Positions 53,307 through 64,000 of a stretch of 64,000 nucleotides of DNA are shown here, in pieces. Below the pieces are notes generated by a model. That model was not told the origin of the DNA and ran no database searches. It saw nothing but the letters and a program-made list of their open reading frames with translations. The DNA comes from Trypanosoma brucei. Its lineage: Eukaryota. The DNA lies in assembly GCA_000002445.1 (NCBI GenBank), contig CP000070.1, positions 608,001 to 672,000 on the forward strand, in the 5' to 3' direction. Each line of letters opens with the position of its first letter. Position 1 is the first letter of the stretch. A program made the translations under genes and the position numbers.

Positions 53307-54823
53307 TTCGATGTCAATGACCCGTGATCCCTACACCAGCTTCCCTCCAGAGGGTGGAACACACGTAATCCTAAAAGAAAAGGAAAAAAAACACCGGTTT
53401 CGTGTTTCCCTCCTCCTCTTTTTTTTTCCTCTCTCGTCCCTCAACACTTCAAAACCCCCTTCTTTCTCTTCCGTTCCAGCGTAACAAAGGGAAAACGTAA
53501 TATTGGGTCTCTTCTTTTGTCTGTAAGTAAACACACTTTATCTTTTCTCTTTTCTCCTTTTTTTTTTTTTTGGTGTGTGTTTGTTTGTTTGCTTGTTTCC
53601 TCACAGCCAAAGTTCTGCGGTGTGACTTTCCGGTCTTTTGGTGGAAATCTGACGGAGCAAAGAGGCGCTTACAGAGTCAACTTTTAACCCAAAAACGTCA
53701 ATACCCACCCTTTTGCTTCTATTGTGTTTCTGTTGTCGCTTCTGTACTTTCCGTCGTTGATGTTTATGTTGCTGTTGTTGTTCCTTTTAATTCCCTCCCG
53801 GCCTTCCAGGGTTGATTTTGGGTACACAAATTATCGCTTGTCCGTTCTCTCACCCTGTTTGCTTTATGTTCTTTTTTTTTTTCTCTCTCTCTCTCTTACA
53901 CTTTTCTCTCTCTTATTTTTAACTTTGTAAATAAAAGAATATTCACAACAATACGAGCACTTCCCGCGACACCTTCAGTATTCAGCCGCCTAGTGCAAAA
54001 TCTCTCCCTTCTATTTTATTAATTTGATAGGTAAAAAAAATAGAAATAAAAAAAGAAATAAATAAATCAAAAGTTGTTGCACGAACAAGTGGCTCAGTGG
54101 CGGAGGGAGAAAACATAGTTTCCTTTATTTTGTCCACGTATGTATAACGACACACAGGAAGAAGATAACACAACACCAGGGCTGACTTTTGCCCGGAAGG
54201 AAAAGGGTGAATAGAAAAAAAAAATTGATGTAGAACAGTGGTTTTAAAAAACAAAAAAGAATAGAGGGGTCGAAACAACCAAAGACAGTTAAAAAAGAAA
54301 AAAGAAAAAAGAAAAAAAAACTTTCCTCTACGGAGAACAAAAACGGCAACAGAAAAAAAAAGGAAGGGAAACGATTATTTGCATCGAAGCCATCTCTTGA
54401 GGGCGGGATGTTCTGTTACGCTCTGCTTCATTTTCTCTTCCACCTTTTTTTTGTTTCTTTCCGTAGAAACTAAACACGAAGCGGTCAAGGACCTCCGAAC
54501 GAATTCGATCCGGAGGAAAAACAGAGAAAAAACCTTTAAAAAAAAAAAAGAAAGCCGGACGTAGATAAACAGACGGATTGAAGGGGAACATTTTTCTTTG
54601 CATCACTCTATCATCAAATCTTCAAAACAGAAGGGAAATTGTGAAGTTTAATAGTCGAAAGGTGGGAAAGTTATATCAACGGTTGAAGAGATCCGCCATA
54701 ACCACAAAATAAAGGGGAGAAAAAAAAGTTAATTTCGTGGTGACCGAACCCCCATCAATGACGACTCCTTTATGTTGCTTTTGTTATAGTTATTTTTCTC
54801 CCCTTCTACTTTACCTTCCACCT

Positions 54824-54865
54824 ATATATATGTATATGTATATGTATATGTATATATATATATAT
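54824..54865. repeat. compound (TATATG)n/(TA)n microsatellite
   Basis: tatatatatgtatatgtatatgtatatgtatatatatatatat. Confidence 0.9.
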
Positions 54866-55560
54866 TTTTTTTTTATTTATTTATTTTTTTTCCAACATCT
54901 CCTCTACTTTTCTACGTTTCTTTCTTTTCCTTTTAATTTCCTCCATTTTTTTAATGTCACTTTTCTTTGGTTGTTCCTGCATCCCTTTCTTCTTTTTTTT
55001 TTCCTCCTCCTCCCCATTTCATTTATCCCTTTCACGTCGTTATACCTTTGATTCCTCCTTTTTAAAGAAACACGCATCCCTTTCCATCTCTCTTTTCTTC
55101 TCTATCACCTTGTCTCCCTCATACTGTATCTATGGAAAACCCTCTATATACGAACGGAAGTGGGGGAAAAAAACTGAAGAAAATAATAGCAACAAATGCA
55201 TAAAAATATATTTATATATTTATATGTATGGACGACTGTTAAACCCATTTCCCCGTCCTTTTCGGGAAAAAGAAAAAAGTAACAAAATAACTGAAACCAC
55301 CATACAAACTTCAACTGCCGCTGACACTACTACAAAAAAAAATGCACATGCACATATTGATACAACTTAAGTGAAGTGTATATTTTATGAAAAGACCTCC
55401 CCCCCCTCTTCCCACCCCCAAAAAAAAAGGAATTGAATTTAAATATAAAATTTTCACGCATGCATAAGTGTGTGCAATTTCGTCTGTTTGTTTATGTGAC
55501 AAAATTACAAAATAGGGTGATAACAATAACAAAGTACCCATGAAAAGCACGGAATCAGCA

Positions 55561-55586
55561 TATATATATATATATATATATATATA
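55561..55586. repeat. (TA)13 microsatellite
   Basis: Uninterrupted run about 75 nt 3' of the zinc-finger gene (beyond its stop codon, in minus sense). Confidence 0.9.
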
Positions 55587-55661
55587 GGTAAATAAAGGAG
55601 GATTGTGTGAATTGTTCATGTCATATCTTCTTTTTGTTGGTTCCTCTATGGTGATTCCGTT

Positions 55662-57578
55662 CTATGCATCTATCGGCGAAGCGGAGCGAGTTCTCGAATT
55701 GAAGGAGGGAATTTCGGGTTCGCAATCAGCACTGCAGGCCATTATGCTACATGAACCGGACCGCTTCAGTGGTGAAGACCACACTAACCCCACATCAGCC
55801 GTAAATGACTCAAAGGAAGGATCAGCCGCTTCACCAAAGTCGTCATTTAATGATCGCACAGTTGACAAGGCGCCTTGAGGTGTGAGTCGTACTTCAACCC
55901 CCTCATCACAATCACAAAACCAACTCTGATAACCTCTGCAACCGCGAAGGGAAGAAATCTCCTTTCCTTCGTTGCACTCGCCTTCACCACCGGGTATTTC
56001 ACGAACAAAGCGCTCAAAACTCCCAGGGACTCCAGTGGGGTCCGATATGATTTGTCCTCGCGGTGTAAACGTCACCGCAGCACCATTTCCTTCATGTACT
56101 GAATCCAACGTGTCAGAACGCTTACCTTCCCCAACACAGACAGTACTCTGACCGTACGGCTTCTGATGGTGTCGGTGGTTATGTCCCCACTGTTGGTGTC
56201 CGGCGCCCTCAAGTTTTTGCTGTCCAAGCTTTCCACGATCGGCACCGTGGTTGAGGTCAAATATCGCACGCACCTCTGGCGAACAGTTACCTGGCAATTG
56301 GTGAACACCACCGCACTGAGATTCAGAATCACAGCAACCGCGTACCCAGCTAAGGCAGAGGTTCCGCGGACATGCTGCAAAAGCGCACTCCGTAGGGTAC
56401 CGGCATCCACCATACCACCGCAAGCATGGGTGTAACTCAACACTGAAGAGTGGCGACTCTGATGGAACTTCAACCAACTCCTCGTGAAGGACTCTGCGTT
56501 TGCCGCGTTGATCTTCAGGGGTAGCGGATATGGACCCGATGCGTTGATCATGTGATACGTTCTCTGACGACACAGCAGAGGAGTCAGCGGCATGAATGGA
56601 GGCAGGGAGACGACCTGCGACAGGTCGACCTTCACGACGGTGAGCCCACGAACTGTCATGGGACGTATCCGCCACCGGCACAGAAGAAGAGCGACTCCTC
56701 GTAGCAATGCTTGTGTTGGCGTAATGACTGCGGCGGATGGCCATCAAACGAGCCTTATCTTCAATAAACTGAGCTGCTTCAGCATGCCTGCTGCCGAGCT
56801 CCAAAAGAATCCCTACCAGCTCCTCGACACCCGCCTCCAAAAGCTCCTTCTCCACTGCCCCCACACTAAGGCGGGCGGTGGGATCAGTTTTGAGAGATTG
56901 CTGAGGTGGGATGGAGCCAGGAAAGTGACTAAGAAGTGAGCACTCGACATGCTGCTTCGCACCGCCAGTTCCTCGACGGCCACGTGTCGTTGTGGCAAAG
57001 GAACTAGAGGGATCGCCCAACGAAACATCTTCGGAACAAACCGATGGATCGGAAGTGAACATGTACGATGGGGACGCGACAGCATTTCCTGAAGGAGGGA
57101 AATCGCCTGAAATGGGATGATGAGGCCTGCAACCATAACTTAATGTGTAGGGTATGCCTGATGGGGAATCGTACGACTGCTGCGATTTCCGGCACTGAAG
57201 CAGAGGACCACAAGGGCTGAGTTCCACTCCTGCACCGTTGGCGGCCGCCTCCTCCGAACCGCGGCGGCTCACAGTGGCGGCCGCGATAAGATGGCCATAG
57301 CGAGGTGGTGTGAGGGCTGAAGTGTACACGTTCCCAGCAGCTATAGCACCACTGCTGGTATACGTCTTTTCTGCATTCATTGCCCTCTCTGCCATCACCG
57401 GAGTTGCATAATGTCGTCGATAATGAGTGACCACAGCGTTTGATACCCTTCTAGTGGATGGGGTAGTATGACACTGTAAACACTGACCGCCATGGTGACC
57501 GAACTTACCACATTTCTGGCACTCTTCCCTCCCACGCCAAGAATTCGCGGATGCCACTGGGGATGCTCCGTGACGCAT
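55662..57578 (-). CDS. zinc-finger protein with CCHC knuckle and CCCH-type finger (putative RNA-binding)
   Basis: N-terminal CQKCGKFGHHGGQC fits CX2CX4HX4C. The C-terminus contains C-x7-C-x5-C-x3-H (CLSWVRGCCDSESQCGGVH). ATG at 57576-57578. Confidence 0.55.
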   Translation of the reverse strand: MRHGASPVASANSWRGREECQKCGKFGHHGGQCLQCHTTPSTRRVSNAVVTHYRRHYATPVMAERAMNAEKTYTSSGAIAAGNVYTSALTPPRYGHLIAAATVSRRGSEEAAANGAGVELSPCGPLLQCRKSQQSYDSPSGIPYTLSYGCRPHHPISGDFPPSGNAVASPSYMFTSDPSVCSEDVSLGDPSSSFATTTRGRRGTGGAKQHVECSLLSHFPGSIPPQQSLKTDPTARLSVGAVEKELLEAGVEELVGILLELGSRHAEAAQFIEDKARLMAIRRSHYANTSIATRSRSSSVPVADTSHDSSWAHRREGRPVAGRLPASIHAADSSAVSSENVSHDQRIGSISATPEDQRGKRRVLHEELVEVPSESPLFSVELHPCLRWYGGCRYPTECAFAACPRNLCLSWVRGCCDSESQCGGVHQLPGNCSPEVRAIFDLNHGADRGKLGQQKLEGAGHQQWGHNHRHHQKPYGQSTVCVGEGKRSDTLDSVHEGNGAAVTFTPRGQIISDPTGVPGSFERFVREIPGGEGECNEGKEISSLRGCRGYQSWFCDCDEGVEVRLTPQGALSTVRSLNDDFGEAADPSFESFTADVGLVWSSPLKRSGSCSIMACSADCEPEIPSFNSRTRSASPIDA

Positions 57579-58863
57579 ATTTCGGCTCAGCGGACTTCCA
57601 GTTGATGTTCAAATCTTTTTTTCCCCCTCTCTCTTCAATACTGGTCAACGCCCTTAAAAGAGGTTACCCTGTACGGTGATGACCTGCAGCGAAAACAACT
57701 TTAAAGAAAAAAAACGAACCCTCCCCCTTCCTTTCTTTCCTTCCTTAACCACACTTCCTTACCGTAAGTCGTTTTGGTCTTCCTACCGGATGTCTCTCAA
57801 GGGACCCCGCCAAATGACAATAAAATTAATAATAAAAAAATAAATGGCTGTTTCGAGTAGAAGAACTTGTGTGTTAAACTCCACGGGTCCTGCGTTGGCA
57901 GCTTACTGTTGTGTTCCTCAGACAGTTATGTACCCTCTACGATTGATCTAACGTTCAGCGATAGCGAACAGCGACGATGACGATCGAAGAAAATGGTCGC
58001 AAAAACGGCACACTACCGTTCACCCGCTAATTTCTTAGTTTACGTTTTCCACACCTTTCCCTTTGTCCTCCGCACTTCAATATAACACTCCTTCGCTTCT
58101 ATAATTTGGGTTTCTCACTCTTTTCTGTTATGGCACGGATGCCAATAATGTATATACCTTTTTTTTTTTACGTACACGCACGGTGTTCTACTTTAGATTG
58201 ATCTTTCTTCGTCTAGCAGTGACTAATGTCCGCTAAAGGGAGTGAAACACCAAAGAGAAAGAAAATTTATGGGGAATTATAGAGAGAGAGTGCGCTTCGG
58301 AGGTGCCAAAAGTGAATGAGCGAAAGATGTCGATAACAACAGCACGCTGCAATGCCACGCGGGTATGGAAGGGGAAGGGAAGAGGATAAAGAGATAATAA
58401 ATGTGTGCAGAGTCGTAGTAGTATGGAGAAAGAAAGATTCCACTGCGGGTTGCACATTCATTGGCCTCTCTTCTTTACCTTTCTCAGGTACTCAAAGAAG
58501 TGGAAAGATCGTAAAAAAAAACCCGGAAGTCAAAACATAAATACAGAAATATTTATGAGAAACGACCCCCACCTCCTCCCGGCTTTCCGGCCACCCTCAA
58601 CCCTCGGTTTGTCCCCTACCCCATTCCCGCATGAAAGGTTGTGATAACAGCATCCACACATGCTAGTCCAACCCAACTAAACACTGAAGTATCCCTTAAC
58701 CTTTGGTCATCTCCCCCTTAACTGCTTTTTTAACACGCTTATATTATCCCCCGCTTATGTCTCTTCTCGCCATGCGGACAATAACAAAACAGTAATGACA
58801 AACAGGCGGAGCGCGAGGCGAGGAGGAGACAAAACCGGCACCGGCAACACAGGATGAGTGCCA

Positions 58864-59376
58864 CTAAGCCACCGTCTGCGCTTGTTGTTGCTGCTGCTGC
58901 TGCAACTGCGCCTGCCGTGCACGCATGGTATCTACCACCTTGCCGAGTTGTCCTTGTTTTACGCGCAGTTTCTGCTCTATTGAATTCATATTTTCCTGCA
59001 CCGCCTCGGCGCGTCCAGTGAAATACGTCGCCGCGGCATCCATTGGTTTCTCAACGAAGTAATCCGTGCCCACATCCACTAGCACACGGTCACTGGGGAC
59101 AATTTCGCCCATCACGTAGAGGGCACTGCTGATGCACACGAGGGCCTCCTGTGGCTTCTGTTCGTTGGATGCAGCGGCCTCGCAAACCTTTTTGTACTCG
59201 CCCAGCACTTCGCGGTTGCTCACGAAACGAGAATGGACACCCCGAAGGCTCTCATAGGCAGCGGAAAGGTTCTGCACCTCGAATTGAAGCTGCTTTCGTA
59301 ACTCTTCAAGTTGCTCGAGGGGAAGTTGTGCAATGTTGATGGCACCGCCACTGCCCTCACCTTGCTGACCACTCAT
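58864..59376 (-). CDS. PFDN5: prefoldin subunit 5 (alpha-type)
   Basis: Collinear with PFDN5 (INIAQLPLEQLEELRKQL...VLVDVGTDYFVEKPMDAA). A C-terminal poly-Q run is encoded by CAG/CAA repeats. ATG at 59374-59376. Confidence 0.8.
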   Translation of the reverse strand: MSGQQGEGSGGAINIAQLPLEQLEELRKQLQFEVQNLSAAYESLRGVHSRFVSNREVLGEYKKVCEAAASNEQKPQEALVCISSALYVMGEIVPSDRVLVDVGTDYFVEKPMDAAATYFTGRAEAVQENMNSIEQKLRVKQGQLGKVVDTMRARQAQLQQQQQQQAQTVA

Positions 59377-60372
59377 TCCACGTTAGTTTTGCTTTTCTTT
59401 TATTTTTTTGAAGATCCACTTCTTAAATGGTTAAATTAATATCCCGTTGTATTTGTTTTGTGTTCTTTCCTCCTCTCTACACACTCCTTCCCTTTACTAC
59501 ACACAGAAAAAACTACTTGATTGATCACGGTACATTGCGTTTACGAGTGAACCGGTGTAGGCGTTCATAACGTTTAGTCGAGAAGCGGAAGCAAAATAAG
59601 AATAAAAGTTGAGCTCGTCCAGAAACTGTGGTGCAAAGGTGAAGACATGCCTCAAAACGGTAAAAAGAAAAAATTAAAACAGTGAGTCGTATTTCCACAC
59701 TGCCGAGCCGTTTGTGAGTAGCATTATAAAAAGGAACTGATATTTACCAAATGTACGCACCGAAGTAACGGCCCGTAGTTCAAAGTGAATGTTTGATCAT
59801 GTAAGAGTAGAAAGCTTTTTTAAAAAGGATTAAGAAAAACACTGTGTGATTGCTCTATTAAACCGGCAAGATGCACAAAAAAAAAACACGACTCACTCAA
59901 ACGCGCTTAAATTGACTCCGAACCACTGGAAGAGTTACGAAGCAAAAAAAAAATGAGAAAGGACATTTGAGAAAATGAGAGAGTTTGAACCACAATATAT
60001 TTCGTAAAGGCATCAATCAAGAAAAAAAACGTACCGAGACAGGCTCCCTCCGAATTCCACAACTCCCCCATTCATTCACACCTATCTGCTTTGCACTACC
60101 TACAAGGCAGTACACGCTGCGACACGTTCCCCGTTTACTGGAGTTGATGAGATGTTTGGTTGTAGGGGTAAAAGAATGTAAGGAAAAGGCAGTTGATGTA
60201 AGTATAACTGGGTGTAACGCGAAACCAGTGCTAGCAGCGGTAGTGAATGACAACACGATCCTGCACACCAAATAACAGAGACATGAGTCCCCATATTCCA
60301 TCGGTGTGAAAGAAACGAGCTCAGGACAGGGCCTCAAAAACACATCCCTTGAAACCCTATTCACCGGAAAGT

Positions 60373-60783
60373 TTAGTCCTCACCACCAAACTCCTGTGTT
60401 GTAGAGGGTGAGCAATCACTCCCTGTAACTGATTGTGTCGTTTCCGTCAATGGTTTCACATATCGCATCATATGCGGTGGCGGGGGGATGGGGACGTCGG
60501 TCCACTCAACTTGCACTCCTGCGTCGGCCGTGAGCGGTGGCGGTGCGTATTCTACCAACGGAAGCACGGCGTTGTCCTCAATTTCCTCCTCATTGTCTAA
60601 CTCCAGTAACAGTTCCTCAAGGTAGGGCATGCCAGGGATGAGGTTCGGGTACTCCCCGCGAGCGTTCGGCACTGCCATATGCGACACGTCATCACCAGGT
60701 ATCAAGTAATATAGCAGGCAAGGTTGCTCGGGCACATACGGCAGGGTTTTGTTGTCCCAACGGCATGGCTGCACCGTAGGCAT
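60373..60783 (-). CDS. hypothetical Pro/Glu-rich protein
   Basis: 136 aa ORF with ATG at 60781-60783, in PTU orientation and flanked by intergenic-style sequence. No domain recognised. Confidence 0.35.
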   Translation of the reverse strand: MPTVQPCRWDNKTLPYVPEQPCLLYYLIPGDDVSHMAVPNARGEYPNLIPGMPYLEELLLELDNEEEIEDNAVLPLVEYAPPPLTADAGVQVEWTDVPIPPPPHMMRYVKPLTETTQSVTGSDCSPSTTQEFGGED

Positions 60784-61787
60784 CGCAGCTAAAGGGAGGA
60801 AAACAAAAAAAAACCTTCGGAGGCAAACTCCACTACAGTCGAATTGGAAAACCGTTGGACACTACTATCGCAATAATCTTTTTCATAAGAGCAGCAGCAC
60901 AATAACAATAACAAAACCGGGAAATTGAATTCTGCCTCTGCTGTGGGGAAACTCAACCCCTCGGTGGGGGCCGCACAGTATGCCTGAACGCAAAGGGAAG
61001 GGACAAATTAAAACGCAAAAATGTGATGGCCGATGCGACAGCATGCACGATGCACATTTACGCAACGGGAAGATATGGCAAGTACCTTCTGAAACTCACT
61101 CTGCGCATGCAAATGCAAATGTAAATGCAAAAAAAAAACGGTGCAGCAACGCGCACGATCATGGCCATTACAAACGACATCAAACAATAACAAAGAAAGG
61201 GAACAAGGGGGTGAAGAACTTTGCGCCCCGCTGGTTCACCTTATGCGGAGGAATCAACAGCAATCGAAAAAATGTAAAAAAAAAAACAATATCAGGCGAT
61301 ATGGTGAAACCGAACTCTGCCCTCGGATCATGAGGAGTGGGGGCGAGGGGGAAGAGCCAAAATGCCCCATCAGACCACTAACAAGGAAAGCGCGCTATTG
61401 ACCAAAAAACAAACAAAGAGCAAAGCGAAGCGAAGAATGCGAGTGAGCCAAAACAACATGCACAGTAACCCCGAACGGGAAAAACCATCTCCGAAATGGT
61501 TCGATCACTGGCTTTGTGCGGCCGCGCGTAACACACTTCACAGAGTGCTAAGTGAAGAAAAGTGAATAAAGACAACCCAAAAAAACCGTCACGGATACCG
61601 GTACACACACGCACCAGCACAATCATATCACAACAACAACAATACGTTCACTATTTACGGTGAAAATAAAGCACGTCGTGCCCGCAATCTGCAGAGTTGG
61701 ATAGCAGAGGTGTGGAGTACGAATTTACAGAGAAGGAATGTAGCACAAGATCAACTCTATGAATTTTGCGAGGTGGAACGAAGGTGA

Positions 61788-62966
61788 TTATCTCAAATCC
61801 ATCTCTTCACCTGTGGTTTCATTGCCTCCATCCCCCTCTACCTCTACCCCTATACTCTCCTCCGTCTTACTACCCTCTGTCCCCACGTCACTTTGCTCTC
61901 CCCTGCCCTCCCTTATCGCCTCCACGTGATCTCCTACTTCTTCTTCTGCCTCCTTCATGCAGTTGGTCTGATTGCTACTGTTTGCTTCCACCTTCCCGCT
62001 GTCACTCCCTAAACCCGAGTCCCCCATGCCACTTGACTGGGTAGTTTTCGGACGTATCCCAGTGGGCAGTGGCTTAAGTGGGGCTAATGTGCTGATGATT
62101 TCTCTAAAATTTTCCTTTTCCACAGCGGAATCGACGATCACACTGCTGGTCCCTCTCCCCTCTCGTGACAGGGAACGAGCGTGGAACTTTCCCACAACGT
62201 CTCCACGAGCAACCGGGCTGCGGACGCTGGACGGGCTTTTTTCCCCTTCCCCTTCGTCTGCCGCGTCGATCGACTGCGGTGCACCATTGTCGTCATGAGC
62301 CAAATCCTCCGTGCCGAGGGTTTTGAGCCACGCTCGCGCCGCTACTGCATCACACTTCCGGAACCTCTTACCCGACACATCGTCTTTCACGTCGTCCTCA
62401 ACTGCCTCAGGTTCCGGAGAGGCCTCCTCGTTTACAACCTCGATATCACCATCCTTGTTGTTTTCCGCCTCCCTGCGAACCGCCATCTCTACATCCGACT
62501 CGTCTAACTCCTCAAACTCAGTAGTCACACCTCTGTCTTCTTCAACAACATCGCTGTTACCATCATCACCAACTGTGCGCCGCTGAAGCCATCGTCGGTG
62601 GTGCTTTTCAGCCTCGTCGAAAATGGGATCAAACTCCTTTTCCCCACGTTCCGCGGTACATCCCTCGCCATCCATATCGAGAACTTGAACACCCACCGTT
62701 TGTCCATCAACCCCCGTGGATTTTGGTCCCGCTACCGCACCACTGGCATGAGAATATTCATCCGCTGCCGAGGGAGAAGTCCACAACTTCAGTCCTCTCG
62801 CTACGGAGACGTACTGGTGCAGACGGAAGTATCGTATAGCGAATAATATACCACCCACGACAGGAATAACTAGTAGCAACAACAGGAGGTATAACAAATT
62901 GACCGATTTGCTGCCTTGCTCACTGGAACTCGTCGACGCGCCGGGCACCTGAGAAGCGCTACCCAT
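61788..62966 (-). CDS. hypothetical membrane protein (N-terminal TM segment, acidic cytosolic tail)
   Basis: ATG at 62964-62966. A hydrophobic segment LLYLLLLLLVIPVVGGILFAI lies near the N-terminus after MGSASQ. The C-terminal two-thirds are D/E-rich. Confidence 0.45.
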   Translation of the reverse strand: MGSASQVPGASTSSSEQGSKSVNLLYLLLLLLVIPVVGGILFAIRYFRLHQYVSVARGLKLWTSPSAADEYSHASGAVAGPKSTGVDGQTVGVQVLDMDGEGCTAERGEKEFDPIFDEAEKHHRRWLQRRTVGDDGNSDVVEEDRGVTTEFEELDESDVEMAVRREAENNKDGDIEVVNEEASPEPEAVEDDVKDDVSGKRFRKCDAVAARAWLKTLGTEDLAHDDNGAPQSIDAADEGEGEKSPSSVRSPVARGDVVGKFHARSLSREGRGTSSVIVDSAVEKENFREIISTLAPLKPLPTGIRPKTTQSSGMGDSGLGSDSGKVEANSSNQTNCMKEAEEEVGDHVEAIREGRGEQSDVGTEGSKTEESIGVEVEGDGGNETTGEEMDLR

Positions 62967-63426
62967 CCCCCTCCCAAAAAAAAAAAATAATAATAATAAT
63001 AACTGGAGTAGTCTCTCTTCTTATTAGCACGGTTGCTCCCCACAAATGCTCTGCAGTGCCTACACCGAGCCACGTGTCCCCACCCCCCCCCAACCATATG
63101 CAGATGACAGAACGAGAGGGAAAAAAAGGGGAAAAAAGGTGAATGCGGGGGCAAAAAAAAAAACAACAAAAGCAGTGATGAAAATTATTTAACTGAAACG
63201 CAGCAAAACATAGCCGATTCGGCCGAAACGACAAGCGGTAAATGGACATATTCTGCTTCGTAAACAATATGTCTAGAGAGAGAAATCGAGCATGCCCCAA
63301 CTTGATGATGACGGTAGATAGTGAACACTAGCGTAACAAGTGAAAGAAAAAAGCCAAAGGAGAAGTCATCGAGACACGGAACGCTGCAACGCAAGAAGGC
63401 ATCAAGCACAAAAAAGGAAGGCAACA

Positions 63427-63996
63427 TCACCAGCGGTTAATCGCCTCCTCATTGATCGGCCGATGCCAGGCCCGACCAGTCTCCTGCAACAGGCGTTGCC
63501 TCTTCTCCCGGTCAGCAATCTTCACCCGCGTCCACATCACCTCAGCAACGTGCTTATTATCAAGGTACGCCATCCAGTTTTTCTTGAGAAGTCGCTTCTC
63601 ATCCATAGCTGTGTACGGTGCTGGTATATCTAATGGTAACGTTTCCTTCTTCGCTCCAGGTGCCCCGCGCGGTCGATACTGAGGTCCGTGCAAAGTAAAA
63701 TATGTTTTACCGCGGAGCGTAAGTGCCCATGACTGACCCCTAGGACTGTTTATCCACTTCTGCTCCCACTCCTGCCGAGCACGAACTTCGTCGGTGGGTT
63801 GGCGAGCCTTCGCCGCGGGGATGGTGCGGTGCGTGTGACATAAATTATTGCTATCGCCCGTTTGCAACACCCCGCCAATGGTCTCAATAGAGTTCTCTGG
63901 CACGGTGTAAAACTCTGGGTTGTCGCGAATACCCATGACAATAGGCTTCAAATCCTTAAGAAATTGCTTGTAAATGTTCATCTCCGCTTGCTCCAT
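63427..63996 (-). CDS. hypothetical protein, possibly 5'-truncated by the window edge
   Basis: 189 aa ORF with ATG at 63994-63996. The frame stays open for the one remaining codon to the window end, so the true start may lie outside the window. Confidence 0.4.
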   Translation of the reverse strand: MEQAEMNIYKQFLKDLKPIVMGIRDNPEFYTVPENSIETIGGVLQTGDSNNLCHTHRTIPAAKARQPTDEVRARQEWEQKWINSPRGQSWALTLRGKTYFTLHGPQYRPRGAPGAKKETLPLDIPAPYTAMDEKRLLKKNWMAYLDNKHVAEVMWTRVKIADREKRQRLLQETGRAWHRPINEEAINRW

Positions 63997-64000
63997 GAGC

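Noticed and set aside
54461-54500. tRNA-like T-loop motif (TTCGATCC within a hairpin cctccg...cggagg)
   Set aside because: The flanking sequence cannot form a 5-bp T-stem or an acceptor stem. No A-box or D-arm lies upstream, so it is an isolated hairpin and not a tRNA.
1-64000. Prokaryotic-style defence, CRISPR or mobile-element system
   Set aside because: The sequence is eukaryotic: trypanosomatid gene content, unidirectional PTU, and no Shine-Dalgarno or operon structure. I saw no direct-repeat/spacer arrays, no integrase, transposase or reverse-transcriptase ORFs, and no terminal inverted repeats.

Overview
The window reads as one unidirectional polycistronic transcription unit of a kinetoplastid (Trypanosoma brucei-like) nuclear chromosome. 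All 26 credible protein-coding genes lie on the minus strand at about one gene per 2.5 kb. Intergenic regions contain (TA)n microsatellites and homopolymer runs; several have polypyrimidine tracts (read on the minus strand) upstream of the ATG codons, as expected for SL trans-splicing. I found no tRNA or rRNA genes, no CRISPR array, no prokaryotic-style defence island, no transposon and no strand-switch region.

Genes recognised by conserved sequence, all on the minus strand:
- ribosomal protein S15 (uS19);
- the 19S proteasome ATPases RPT1 and RPT5;
- a RAD6-like ubiquitin-conjugating E2;
- prefoldin subunit 5;
- RER1;
- pyrroline-5-carboxylate reductase;
- a GSK3-family protein kinase carrying a low-complexity insertion;
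- the trypanosomatid-specific FHA-parvulin isomerase (Par42-type);
- an Arc1p/AIMP1-like tRNA-binding protein (GST-like domain plus EMAP-II domain);
- two GNAT N-acetyltransferases (Naa30/Mak3-like and NAT9-like);
- a TBC-domain RabGAP;
- a mitofusin-like dynamin-superfamily GTPase with a C-terminal transmembrane hairpin;
- a RecA-like P-loop protein;
- a CCHC+CCCH zinc-finger protein;
- an IWS1/Spn1-like protein;
- several hypothetical proteins.

The most unusual items:
- a protein that fuses a PWWP-like N-terminal domain to a TsaA/TrmO-family (YaeB-like) tRNA-methyltransferase-type domain;
- a 4.3 kb gene-free, strand-skewed A-rich, microsatellite-laden tract between the GTPase and the kinase genes;
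- a RAD6-like E2 with a repeat-encoded N-terminal extension and an acidic tail.

I checked start codons directly in the sequence. Several ORFs in the supplied six-frame track begin at GTG or TTG, so for those I moved the start to the first in-frame ATG. Organism and locus assignments are inferred from sequence style and gene content; I could not run any database search.
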